Positions 25,499 through 37,962 of a stretch of DNA of 64,000 nt are shown piece by piece. The notes beneath the pieces were generated by a model. It did no database searches and was not told the origin of the DNA. It was given only the letters and a program-made list of their open reading frames with translations. The DNA lies in contig JANJGN010000011.1 in NCBI GenBank assembly GCA_026770705.1, positions 149,916,001 to 149,980,000 on the forward strand, written 5' to 3'. How positions within the stretch are numbered: position 1 is the stretch's first letter; each line of letters opens with the position of its first letter. The stretch is from Isurus oxyrinchus (taxonomy: Eukaryota). A program made the position numbers and the translations under genes.

Positions 25499-27178
25499 GG
25501 CCCGGATTTTCACTCCCAGGGCTAGGGGGGGCACAGAGACAGGACATTTCACGGCCCAGCGAACTCAGCTTTTAAAAATGGCCACCCGCAGGCTGGATTT
25601 TTGTTTGGATGTCGGGCTGGCTGACTCCAGAATGTGTGCAGAGGCGGGCTGGGCAAAAGGCCTGCACCTACGCTCTCTCACTGTGTTGAAATAAATTTTA
25701 AAAACAAATAAAACAAGAAAGATCCCTCCATCCCTTACACTTCACCCCCATGCAAAACACACTCCCTCTGCCCCATGCCACTTTATGCCCTCCCATGGCC
25801 CCTCATTACCACCCATGCCAACCCATGCCTCTCTACCCCAACCCCCGTGGCCCCCACATCCCCATAGCCTTTTATAGCCCTATGTCAACTTAGTTCCAAC
25901 TGATGCCAAACCGTGACCCCTCACCATCCTTACCCCCTCCATGCCAACTCACCTACTATCCTTTGACAGCTCCTTGACAGCTTTGAAGTTCCTTGACAGT
26001 TCTTTGACTGTGGGATAGCTCCAACGAGTTTCTGCATAAAAAGTGCATAATCATGTTCACTTTTAACAATCCCAAAGGGTGCCTTACCTCTCCCAAAGAT
26101 GTCCTGGGACCATATCCAAAAGAGTACCTAACCTCTCCAAAAGGGTATGCTGGTTATCCAAACAAATATACCGAGGGCAACATTCCCCCCCTCCCCACCA
26201 TCGGGGGGGGGAGGCGGGGGTGGTGGTTTGTGCAGGAGCGGGCAGGTTCCTGATTGGCGCCTCCGATTGGGGGCACGCTGCCATTTTACATAGGCGGGTC
26301 TTAATTGGCCCACTCAGCATGACGTCCATCAGATGCGCTGTGTGCTCCCTGTGTGGACGGGGTGGGGGGTGGGGGGCGATGGGGGGTGGGGATTGCCTGA
26401 GCGAGTCTGTGTGCTCTTTCACGCATGTGTGCGCAAGAGCGCAGAGACCTCCCTGAGGCAAAGTGCTGCCTGAGGGAGACTGGTTGAACTTTTAAAAATT
26501 TATTGAAGGTAAGAAAAAATTTTCTTGATATGTTCTCTCATGTGACACATGAGCTGGGACATGTCCATTACTTTTATTTAAAAATTTTCCGAACATTTTA
26601 AATCGCTCATGAAACCTCATCCCGCTCATGGATGAGGTTTCATGGTTTTTCGGAAGGCTAGCTGGGCTCTTCGCCTGCCCACCAACCTTAAGGTTGGACG
26701 GGCAGGTCCATTAATCATTTTAATTACTCTTTTAATTGGCCTTAATAGGCCATTGACAGGTCAACAGGCACACAGCCGAGTCAGTTGCACACCCGCCAAA
26801 GTGAAAATCTAAATGATGCCGGGTGAATTCAGGACGCACGCCCAACGTCACCCCGTGTCATTTTACGCGTCGGCGAGCGGGCCCCGCCCCCACTCGCTGG
26901 CTGGAAAATGCTGCCCCAAATTCAGACCTCCTCTTGCCTGCTCTAATCGGCACCCTTCAGGTTTCACATTCCTGGCCTACCGAAATCCTCCGTCAGTGGA
27001 AGCAACTAGTGGTTTATGGCCAGCTGACTCTGTAAGCCGCGCATGCATCAACCCTGGCTCTACCCCAGTCTGGCCCTCGCGAAAATGGAACATGCCAAGT
27101 TTGGGGGCAGGGCTTAGAATTTTCGGCCTTTTCCAGGATTTTCGCCTTGACGGGGAAATTTGCGGTGCAAATCTGAGC
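25499..27178. mobile_element. Outer Harbinger-like TIR element with CCATGCC-rich low-complexity tract
   Basis: GGCCCGGATTTTCAC ... GTGCAAATCTGAGC imperfect TIRs. The ccatgcc tract at 25750-25950 resembles positions 20-100. Confidence 0.6.
26175..26916 (-). mobile_element. Harbinger-like family A element nested in a larger TIR element
   Basis: GGGCAACATT...AAAATGCTGCCC with 3-bp flanks CGA/CAA. Reverse complement of 235-876. Confidence 0.82.
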
Positions 27179-27385
27179 TTTCGTCTACTACTTAGTCTTA
27201 CTGAGAACTGTGACCAAATACAGCTGCGCAATGAGTGAACTCTACAGCGCCATAGAATTGTAGGGATTGTTCACACTTGCAGTTCCTCAAGGAGGGAGTT
27301 TCCAACCCCTGCTCGTCTGTCAAAGGATGAAAGGGATTAAGGAAGGGTTGATGATTGGAAACCACACAACATCTGAGGGTGCATA

Positions 27386-28070
27386 CAAGCATACGAATTA
27401 GGAGCAGGAGTAGGCCACTGGGACCCTTGAGCCTGCTGCACCATAGTTGATCTGATTTTAACCTCTGCATCACATTCCTGCCTACCCCCGATAACCTTTC
27501 ACCCCCTTGCTTATCAAAAATCTATCTAGCTCTGCCTTAAAAGATATTTAAAGGCTCTGCTACCACCGCCTTTTGGGGAAGAGAATTCCAAAGACTCATG
27601 ACCCCCTGTGAGAAAATGATTTTCCTCATCTCTGTCTTAAATGGGCAAGCCTTTATTTTTAAACAGTGACCCCTAGTTCTAGCTTCCCGCACAAGAGGAA
27701 ACATTCTCTCCATATCCACCCTGTCAAGACCCCTCAGGATCTTTTAAGTTTCAATCAAGTCACCTCTCACTCTTCTAAACTCTAGCATATACAAGCCTAA
27801 GCCCAACCTGTCCAGCCTTTCCTCATAAGCCCACTTCAGGTATTAGCCTAGTAAACCTTCTCTGAACTGCTTCCAATGCATTTAGATCCTTCCTTAAGTA
27901 AGGAGACCAATACTGTACACAGAACTCCAAATGTGGTCTCACCAATGCCCTGTACAATGTAATCACTCGGCTTTTGTACACAATTCCCCTTGCAATAAAT
28001 GATAACATTCTCTTAGCTTTGCTAATTACTTGCTGTTGCTCTATACTGACCTTTAGCGACTCATGCACCT
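27386..28070 (-). mobile_element. CR1 LINE 3' fragment
   Basis: LYRALVRPHLEFCVQYWSP and RTRGH.LKI...FKTEMRK. Confidence 0.88.
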
Positions 28071-28071
28071 C

Positions 28072-28260
28072 TTGATTGGATGTGTTGGTTGGGAGAAGGA
28101 AAACTAAGCAACGATGGAGCAAAAGACTTACGATTGGTAGGGCTGTTGGGGGGCGGATTTCCAACTGAGTCAAACCTGACCATTGCAATGAGAATGGCAG
28201 CTACCTTGTTGCAAAAAGCCTTTCATTTCTCATGTTTTCCTTGTTCTTCAATGATTGGAT
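28072..28260. promoter_or_regulatory. Candidate intronic promoter/enhancer motif cluster
   Basis: ATTGG at 28075, 28133 and 28254, GC box GGGGGCGG at ~28149, TGAGTCA at 28166, and an RFX-like half site CTAAGCAAC at 28104. Confidence 0.4.
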
Positions 28261-29514
28261 TATTTGTGTCCCTCCATAAGAGTAATATGTGGAGCTGACT
28301 GCCGCCGATGTGCTTGGCACCCAGCACATCATGACCCATGAATGCAAGCAAAAAAATCACTTTGTGCAAAACTGCGCTAAGGAGCTATGAATAGTTAAAT
28401 TCATCTGCAGTGTTTTAAATGTCACTTATTGCTTTAATTGTGTGTTTTGCCACATCCACTCTGTTTCTGGGACTATGCCAATTAGAGTGTGCAGGTTAAT
28501 ATGGCCAGCCCTCTTTAATTTGTACTAATTTTGGATTTAAAAGCTTTCATTTAGTAGTTTAATAAGAAGGCTCAGTTAAGCAGAAAGCCTTTTTGAATTT
28601 GCAACGTTTCCATGGTTACTGAAAGGTGTTTCCTTGCGCCTATCCTCTAGACTTGGTGAAATTTATAAGGGCAGCTGTTATACAAGTGGTTATTATCTTT
28701 TGAGTTGAAGGCTGAGCGTGTGGGAGGACAGTTTGGTAGCTGTCTATCTCATCACTATTTGTCTATTAGAAGCTGTCCCTTGCTGTAAATAGCCTTTCAG
28801 GCTCCAAATTCAGGGGATTTTTTTGTTGCTTTGCAGCCATTTTGTGGCTACCCTTGTTTAAAATGCAGCAGAAAAGATTTTTTCCTTGTATTGAATACTG
28901 AATATGACAGCATGGTTTCTGTCAATCACAGTAAATGACCCTTGTTGCCATGGAGAATTTGAGTCAGTCAGCCAGTCAAGACAGGTGTTGCAGCTTGCAA
29001 ATCAAAAACTGCAGTCGATTTAAGATGAACTATAGATACGAGAGCAGTTTTCTGAATCCTGATGACCAGTTAACCTTATCACTAACCCCAGACATGAGCA
29101 CAATTAAAAGTTGTCAAATAAACCGAACGTTTCTTAACAGGAATTCTTTGAACCAGTATATTCACTGGAGTATAAAATCGACCTCTAATAAACCCAGAAA
29201 AGGGTTGGGGTGTGTGCCACCCCTCGCCCTCCACTCTATCTCTTTTGTTTGCTTCAACATACCACTCATTGAGTTTTACATCAGGTGTTCTAACTACCTC
29301 TTATTCCTTTCTCTCTCTCTCCACCGCCCACCCCTCACCCACATTCTATTCTTCCTCTTATTCTGCAACCCAGACCTTGATTGCCCCCATTCTCTAATTT
29401 TAGCCTCTGTGAGCATTAGTCCTGCTCTTGGCTTCTTTCTCTTCCTTTAGCTTCTCCAGGGATTTTGGTAATTCCATGAAAAATATAATCTGGACATCTG
29501 GATCTTTGAAGAAA

Positions 29515-30376
29515 CCTTTTCTCCTGCAAACATTTTTCCCCTGTGAATCCCCAGGGTTGGAGAGACTTGAGTACATGAAGTTTTAAAAATTCCCCTTATC
29601 CAACATCCTTATTTGTTATGATTTGCTGTTTGACATCCCATCTGTTACCTCTTGCTGCCAGTGGCAACCATGAACCTGATGCTTGGCAGTACCATGTATT
29701 GCCTGTTTGATGGATAGTCATGGGCTAGTGAGAGGGATTGAATACCTGATTGTTGTCCCAGAAGTACAATCCAGGGCTTTCAGCCAGCGTCCAATAGGTC
29801 TTGGAAATGGGCCTCATCCCCCCATAGCCCATGATTTGAAAAAGTTGACTTCCTTTGCTTACGGAAAGAGCACTGGAAAATCTGAACCCAAGGAGTGAAG
29901 AACTTCATCATCCATTTCAAGGTAAATCTTGTGCATTTGTATCAGGTAGTGTAGCGTTAAATACCTCCTTGCTGAGCACACAGATTGGAGCTAGCGCTCA
30001 AATTGAGGTTTACTTGTTGTTCGTAGAGTCCTTCTGATCTACTCTTTCCTCTGTAATTTCCTTTGGCATTTGACAAGTTCATCACATAACAAAAAATAAT
30101 AAATTGCAGAGTAAAATTAATATTTCAATATTGGAACTTCTGGAAAGCTTGTTTCATGTACAACAAAGCTGCTTTTTAACATTTTTTATAAAAGATACTT
30201 GTAGTTAGAAGCAACTCATTGAGCTTATTCATCTGATATATATTTTTCTAATCTTCGGATGTTCAAAATTTCTTCTTCCGCAAACATTTTTCCCCTGTGA
30301 GTCCCCAGGGGTGGAGGGGCCTGAGTACATGTAGTCTGTTCGAAAAATTCCACTTATCCAGCATCCTTAATTGTCA
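29515..30376 (+). repeat. Pair of ~100-bp imperfect direct repeats (29515-29616 and 30272-30376)
   Basis: gcaaacatttttcccctgtga.tccccaggg.tgga...tgagtacatg.agt...aaaaattcc.cttatcca.catcctta.ttgt occurs twice. Confidence 0.85.
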
Positions 30377-31912
30377 CCTCATTCCTTTTATTGATAGGTA
30401 TTGTCTGCCTTCAAGGTAATTGCCACAAGCTCAAACAACTGGATAAAATGTAGAGTCAGCCTCTGTTGGAAACTGAAAATGAATAATCCTGATTGCTTTC
30501 CTTGGGAGGCATAGGTTTCTTAAGACTGAGATATAACACCTCAAGTTTAGACAGCCAGCATGTTCATCAATATTCTTCCTCAGATAAGAGACCAGTTTCA
30601 CTCAGGATATAATCTTTTGTAATCTGTTAAAACAAGGGATGGTGTTGCAGTGGTATTAAAAAGGGCTAGCCCCCTTAAATTGGCCATGCTGATGGTAGAA
30701 TTTTAAATGTTGCATTTCATTCCATTCTCCCAAACACAATGACATTTATGGCAAAGCGTTTGTAAAAATTAATTTCAAGTAGCAGAACAGCCTGTAACCC
30801 TTGCAGGCTATCTACTTTGCCCATGGGAAGACTCAATGAGAAACAGTTGGGCATTCCTAGCTATGTGTGTAGCCTGCCAAGCTGCATATAAGAGTGACAG
30901 GTGCAATGTCTATCACTGCAGCTGGCTTTAAAGTAGGGAGGAAAAGCAGGCGGAATTAGATTAGACAACAAATTATAGGACAAGGCTTTTTCAATCTTTC
31001 CTTAATATTGTGAGTGTGATTTTCTTGCTTAAAGCAGTGTACTACTGTTAATATATTGTAAGTATGATAGGTGTTGCTTCAGTGCTGATAACTGAACTGT
31101 GTTAAAGTGTAAAGATGAGGTCTTTTAGCTCACTTCATGAGTACTTGTTAGCATAGGGCAAAAATACTGATTTTAATGAATGAAATGTATTAGAAAGCGC
31201 TAAAGGACTGTTTGCATTTAGCACTCCGCTGACGAATGTTATCCCTGTAAAAGCTGGATTAGTGAAAAGTGTTACAGCCTCGTTAAGGCAATAATGAGGA
31301 ACTCGCTCAACACTTCACAGCTGCATAGTGAAATTGAATGTTGTTACATCAGGACAGACTGGCTCCTCAAAACGCTTTTAGGAATGACGGCCCAGTGTTG
31401 CGTATTCTTTAATCAAAATGACAAAAAGGAACTTGCTGCTGTTCCATCCTCTGTTATCAAGCAAGTTTACAAAAGCCTGAATCTCTTTAGAGTTCAGTAT
31501 AGCTACTCAATGGGCTAGAATAATGCATGACATCAGCTGGTCTCTCATTAACTCGCACCAGTGTTCCTGTTCCTTCAGCGCCAGTGTTCGGTGTCTCAAT
31601 CCCGCTGCTCCCACCAAAACATCACCATGATTTTCTTCTTGAATGTATGGGTCTGTGCTGGCAAATTATTCAAGTGATCGGTGCACAATTAAATGGCCTT
31701 TTGGCTTTGGCTGCAGTTCAGCAGTGCTCTGCTCACTCTGTAAAGAGAGGAGATGTACATCATGGGTCCATGACCACATTTATCCATATAGATGCTGCAT
31801 TGTCATTAAATGCTTTATTACTAGAGAGCAATTACTGATACATTCATATGTCACACTGTGCAAATCACAGGATATGGGAATAGTGAGGTGCGTCGTATGC
31901 ACAGAATTTTAT

Positions 31913-32015
31913 GGCAGCGGGATTTTACATTCCCGCTGAAGCCAATGGGGTTTAGAATGTCTCGCCACATTTTATAGCCCCATCCCTGCTGAAACGGGGC
32001 CATAAAATTCTACCC
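31913..32015. mobile_element. Short MITE
   Basis: gcgggattttac...taaaattctaccc TIRs with central gaagccaatgg. Confidence 0.55.
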
Positions 32016-32209
32016 TATGTGTTCTGGGATTAATGTTAAAATCTGCACATTCTCAAAATTCCCTTTCCAAATAAACTCACTGATAGGAGACCAAGCAACT
32101 CATGATCTTGGTGTCCACCACCTATTCCGTGCTGCACCATCTGATTACGTCCCAGTTTTACAGTCAAACCGAAGTGTTTGCCGATTTAACCCATGGTTAT
32201 TGCTGCAAT

Positions 32210-32495
32210 TCAGAAAGGAGGAAACAAAGCTTTATTTTCCTATGGCACCTTTCACAGCCTCAAGATAACTCCCCTGCCTCTCTTCAACCAGTCACATGGA
32301 ATATTTTACACCTACCTGAGAGAGCAGCTTCGGTATAACATTTCATCCGAAAGATGGCAACTCTAACAGTGCACTGCTCTTTCAGTCCTGCACTCAAGTA
32401 TCAGCTTAGATTTTGTGCCTAAAAGTCTAACCTAGAGTGGGACTTGAACCCACAGCCTTCTGATTCAGAAACAAGAGTGCTACCCACTGAGCCAC
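32210..32495 (-). mobile_element. DeuSINE, internally deleted (another degenerate copy at ~16370-16690)
   Basis: gagtgggacttgaacccacagccttctgattcaga...gagtgctacccactgagcc head on the minus strand. Confidence 0.7.
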
Positions 32496-33104
32496 CTCAT
32501 GCTGTATATACTGTGATTAGCATAACTCTGCTATTTTACCTTTTAATACTTTATTTCCTACATTCTCACTAATATTTGTCTGTCCTCACAACATTTTTAA
32601 ATTAGCCTTTTAAAAGCACAGCTTTCCAATTTCCTGTGTTACTACTTCATAATAATGCTCATATCTTTGTGCTCTTCCTTAAGCTAAGCAATGCTTTTCT
32701 CACTTTCATTTAGGCTCTTTCAGTTATTGGCACAACCCACCATATATTTATGACATTGCCCGTGTTGGCCATCTCCTTATCATACTTTGGGAGCTGACCT
32801 CCCCATGCTAAAAATATCCTCACAATTTTCTAATAGCAGTTTCATAATGACCTGTAGTGCATCAATGTCACAAAGACATGTTCACAGTTGGCATTGAGTC
32901 ATTGCCTAGTACTGGTGCATTCTCCACAGCTGGATTAACACATTTTATTTGCATCTTTCTTACTACTACTTGACTGTTTCTGAAGTGCTGATGCAGATGC
33001 ATCATTGACTGCTAGTTTGTTGTTACCACTAATGAAATCAGGCTTTTAGGAATCTATGTTTGGAGAATGTGCGTTCTTGCTATTTTGTCAATGGTTTCCC
33101 TTTT

Positions 33105-35270
33105 ATTATTGTTTCATGGGATGTAAGCATCGCTGACAAGGCCAGCATTTGTTGCTGCTCCCTAATGGCCCTTACCAAGTTGGTGGTGAATCGCCTTCCA
33201 GGACTGCTGTAGTCCATGTGGTGTAGGAAAACCCACCGTGCCGGTAGGAAGGGAGTTCCAGGATTTTTACCCAGTGATAGTGAAGGAATGACAATATAGT
33301 TCAAAGTCAGGATGGTGGGTGGCTTGGAGAGGAACTTGCAGATGGCATTGTTCCCATGTGTCTGCTGCGCTTGTCCTACTAGGTGGTAAAGTTTAGCAGT
33401 TTGAAAGGTGCTGTCGAAGGAGCCTTGGTGGTTTGCTGTATTGTATCTTGTATACACTGCTGCCAGTCTCTGCTGGCGGCAGAGCGAGTCAATGTTTAAG
33501 GTGATGGATAAGGTGTCAGTCAAGCAGGCTGCTATGTCCTGGATGGTGTTGGGTTTCTTGAGTGTTGTTGGAGCTACACCCATTCAGTCAAGTGCAGAGT
33601 ATTCCATTCCAATCCTGACTTGTGCCTTGTAGATGGTGGACAGGCTTTGGGGAGTCGGGGAGTGAGTCACTTATCACAGAATTCCCAGCCTCTGACCTGG
33701 TCTTGAAGCCACAGTATTTATATGGTTAATCCAGTTCAATTTCTGGTAATGGTAACAACCAGGATGTTGATGTTGGACGATTGAATAATGATAATGCCAT
33801 TGAATGTCAAGAGGAGATGGTTGAATTATTTCATGTTTAAAATGGTCATTGCCTGGTACATGTGTGGCAAGAATGTTACTTGCTACTTATCAGCCTTGAA
33901 TGTGCCCCAGGCCTTGGTGCATTTGGGCATGGTCAGCTTCAGTATCTGAGGAGTCTTGAATGGTACTGAGCAATGTGCAATCATCAGTGAACATCCCCAC
34001 TCCTGACCTTAAGATAGAGGGAAGGTCATTGATGATGCAGCTGAAGATGGTTGTGTGCCTAGCACACTATCCTGAGGAGCTCCTACAGCAAAATCATATA
34101 GCTAACATGATTGACCTCAAACAACCAGAACCATTTTCATTTGTGCTATTTATAACGCCAACCAGTGGAGAGTTTGCCATTTGATTCCTATTGACTTCAA
34201 TTTTGCTAGAGATCTTAAATGTTAAACTTCTGATAGCCAGTTGGTGAAGGAGGAGACCAGAAGTCAATCTTTACTCAGTTTAGATTTATTCAAAAAGTGA
34301 AACATTACGAGTCTTTAGCTGTTAAACCTATTCAAACCTCAGTGTTAATAAGTGTCCTTTATATGTGCTCAGATAATGAAAGCCCTCCACCTATTTATCC
34401 TTACCCTTCCTTTATGAAATTAACACTTGATGCCACTCTCTGTCAATTGCAGTCCATTTCACCTCACCTGTGATATTCAGCTCATCTGTCCATGTTTGGG
34501 TCTAGGCTGTAATGAGGTCTGGAGTAGAATGGCCCAGGGTGGAACCCAAACTGAACTTCAGTGAACAGGTTATTCCTGAGTAAGTGGCACTTGATAGTAT
34601 TGTCAATGACACCTTCCATCACTATGCTGATGATCGAGAGTATACTGTTGGGGCAATAACTGGCCAGATTGCATTATGAGGTCAAGACATATCAGGTCAA
34701 TTTTCAACATTGCTGTTTGATGGCAGTGCTGTAGCTGTACTAGCACAGCTTGGATAGTGGCATGACTAGTTCTGGAGCACAAGTCTTCAGTACAATAGCC
34801 GGGATGTTGTCAGGGCCCATAGCCTTTGCTACATCTAGTGCCTTCAGCCATTTTTTGATATCATGTTGAGCGAATCAAATTGGCTGAAGACTGGCATCTA
34901 TGATACTGGGTACCTCGGGAGGAGTTTCAGATGGATCATCCACTCGGTACTTCTGACTGATGATGGTTGCAAATGCTTCAGCCTTGTCGTTTGCATGGAT
35001 GTTCTGGGCTCTACCACCAATGAGCATGTGGGTATATTTGGAGCCACCTCTCTGGCTAGTTGTATAATTGCCCAGTACCATCCATGACTGGATGTGACAA
35101 GACTACAGAGCTTAAATCTGATCCATTGGTTGAGGATCACTCTTTTCTGTCTATCACATGCTGCTTCTGCAGTTTAGCCTTCATGTAGTCCTGTGTTGTA
35201 GCTCCACCAAGTTGGCATCTCATTTTTAAGCATACCTGGTGCTGCTCCAGATATGCTCTCCTACACTCTT
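33105..35270 (-). mobile_element. CR1-group LINE, same family as 17243-18445, decayed
   Basis: Collinear with 17243-18445 and extends upstream (DKAEAFATI.SQK.RVDDPS). Confidence 0.85.
34220..34425 (-). mobile_element. Short solo-LTR-like insertion within a LINE
   Basis: TGTTAA...TTAACA termini. Minus-strand TATAAA (~34360) precedes AATAAA (~34287). LINE sequence resumes on both sides. TSD imperfect. Confidence 0.6.
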
Positions 35271-37078
35271 CGTTTTTTCACTTTGATCTGTACATACGCT
35301 CTGTTTGATTGTATAATATACATCTGTGTAGCCCAACCATTACACATTCTTGATCCATTAGTGCTTCCATGTATTCTTAACTTAGATGTTTTAACAAATC
35401 ACCATACATGATGTTATGTCTCAGCCATTAACACTATGCATTATTTATATCGCGGTTTATAGGAGAAAATTCAGTGAAGAGTGAAGTGGCCCTCCTGCTC
35501 CAACAAATCTTGTAGCACTATTGGTGAACACAGAAAACCCAGTACCAAACACCTTATTACTGAAATACTCTAGCCATCTAAATCTGGAAGACTTGTTGGA
35601 ACTGGGTTTCCGGTTGAAATTGTTTGAACGTTTTACAGACGTTCTGCTCTGTGAGAACATTGTACGTTGAGGTGGGTTATGAAAACGTTAGGATGCTCAG
35701 CATTTAACTTGTACTTTTGTTGCTTAGTTTGAACCCAAATTGAATCAAGCCCAAACATCTGGCCCAATTCTTGGTGTACTCATTCTTAACTGGAACTCAA
35801 TAATGAGCTTTACATTTTAAGTAGGAAAGGGCCCCAAATTTGTTTTTTAATTAAGTTTAATTGAGCACAGAGTGAATGCGAGCTACACAGCAGTGTGAGA
35901 CTGAGATGCACAATTGGCATTTAACCACATCTACATTTTTAAAAACATGTACTTGTATTCTAGAAATGAGGTGAATTGGTATTTTCAAGCCCAGCACTAC
36001 AAAATTCCATCGACTCAGCCTTAGAAATGTACCTTACAAGGAGCACCCTCTACTGCACCATTGAGAGCATTTTCATTTTTAACACTGGTCAGCTTTTAAG
36101 GCCTTTGTGAATAAAATTCTCAATATAGTGGAGATTTGTTATGAATTATGAGTGGGCTGGTAGTATAAGTTCCTGCTCTGTCAGGATTGGGTTGTGATTA
36201 TATAGACTGTTTTTATTGGGGAGTTTTATAGCAGACAAATAGGAGAAATGTTCTTTATGTAGAACAGGATTCAAAAGCCAGCATCCACAAATGAAATGCA
36301 TTCCCTTTTTTGTCACTGCCACCCCAATTCCTCAGCATGAATGATGATAACATGTGTCACAATAGGAGTGAATTGTAGGCAAAGGGGTAGTTAAATGACC
36401 GCAATTTCAGAGGGCAAAGATCTATTTATTTTTGTTTGGCATTAATGCTGACAGAATTAAATTTCATTTTCAATCCCGTTGTGCCAAATGAATTACTTCC
36501 CACTGGGCTCTCAATGTTTTCCAACAGTGCTAACTGTGCCAGATGATCCAGATGTGCAATTTCAGACCGAATATCCTGATGCTGGAGAGGGATTGTGCAT
36601 GCACTTTGCAAGTGTACCGAATACCTTAGTCTGCATAAATTGGAAACGTTCTTCACTTGTATCTAGTCACTGTTACTATTTGCCATTTTTACAAAAGAAC
36701 AGAAAAAGAAAATTGCACAAAATAAACAGACAAGAAAATTGTGACAGTAACAAATTTAAAGTGACAAAAGATGCTGCCATTATGTTGTAAATAACAGGGA
36801 TCCATTCAACAAATTTCAGGATAATATGGTGAAAAGTTACATAAAGTATGCTAAGCACCATGATTCAGTGATCTCAAATGGCCTGGAGATGGCAACTATT
36901 GGTTTCCCTGCACTTGTGAAATCCTTATTCTCCTGTAAGATTTTTATCTGCACGTAGAGCTGCTCACAATTGCGGAAAGATAAAACTGTGCAAAGATCGT
37001 CACAACACTGGACCCTCACGCCTTGTTGTTGCACAGAGCTAAAGCAGATTCATTGGATTACCCAAATAGACACTGCTG

Positions 37079-37205
37079 AAGGGTCATGAGGACTCGAAAC
37101 GTCAACTCTTTTCTCCTCCGCCGATGCTGCCAGACCTACTGAGTTTTTCCAGGTAATTCTGTTTTTGTTTTAGATTTCCAGCATCCGCAGTTTTCTTTGT
37201 TTTCA
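37079..37205 (+). mobile_element. Single Penelope 3' end truncated at the hammerhead core
   Basis: AAGGGTCATGAGGACTCGAAACGTCAAC... followed by the family 3' terminus. TSD ACTGCTG at 37072-37078 and 37206-37212. Confidence 0.82.
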
Positions 37206-37553
37206 ACTGCTGTTATCTTGTTTAGCTTTATAATAGGGCCATTGTTTTCTGTATGAGAAGGGGTAAAGTGGTACGGTAGAACAATGATGAGCAAAGTTTA
37301 GAACCACCTTGGCTACTACAGCAGTGTCAATAATGTAGCAAGACCACCACAATATTTAATAGCATCAACTTTAGAGAGTTTCAATTGACCAAAGCGAGTG
37401 CTTAAATTCTGGTTTAAAAAAAAGAATGACGGTAGCCTCGCTGCTGCCAGTTAAAATAGCTTGGGATATAGGTGTCTTTTTTTTTAAAACATCAAGCAAC
37501 TTCTTGTTTGCAAGCAGAAAAATCCAGGGCAGCAACATGTACATGGCAGCACA

Positions 37554-37764
37554 AAAACAGAAATACCTGGAAAAACTCCGCAGGTCTGGCAGCATCGGTG
37601 GAGAAGAACAAAGTTGACATTTCGAGTCCTCATGACCCTTCAACAGAACTCGAAACGTCAACTTTGTTCTTCTCCGCCGTTGCTGCCAGACCTGCTGAGT
37701 TTTTCCAGGTATTTCTGTTTATGTTTTGGATTTCCAGCATCTGCAGTTTTTTGTTTTTATCTCT
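37554..37764. mobile_element. Palindromic Penelope-derived mini-element
   Basis: Inverted arms meet at ~37648. TSD ATGTAC(A/G)TGGCAGCACA at 37537-37553 and 37765-37781. Minus-strand hammerhead-like motif at 37612-37650. Confidence 0.9.
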
Positions 37765-37962
37765 ATGTACGTGGCAGCACATTGCTTATAATATCATGCC
37801 CCCATTAAACATATGTCAATTAACTGAAGCCATCTGAATACATCTTTTAGCAGGAAGTGAGCTCTTCTTGTCAGGGTAGTCTGCAATCATTGAACCATGT
37901 ACAGTGTGGTTATTGCTTGGAACTGTTGCTTTTCATGTCCAGCTCACCTTTGTGTAGACAGT

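Noticed and set aside
25740-26000. CCATGCC and TTGACAG repeats as a CRISPR-like array
   Set aside because: Irregular low-complexity repeats inside a eukaryotic TIR element, with no constant repeat-spacer period.
28935-29450. 171-aa ORF
   Set aside because: No recognisable domain, and the second half comes from a pyrimidine-rich low-complexity tract.
37071-37106. Hammerhead with a natural CUGCUGA core
   Set aside because: CTGCTG belongs to the target-site duplication, and stem I has no 5' strand.
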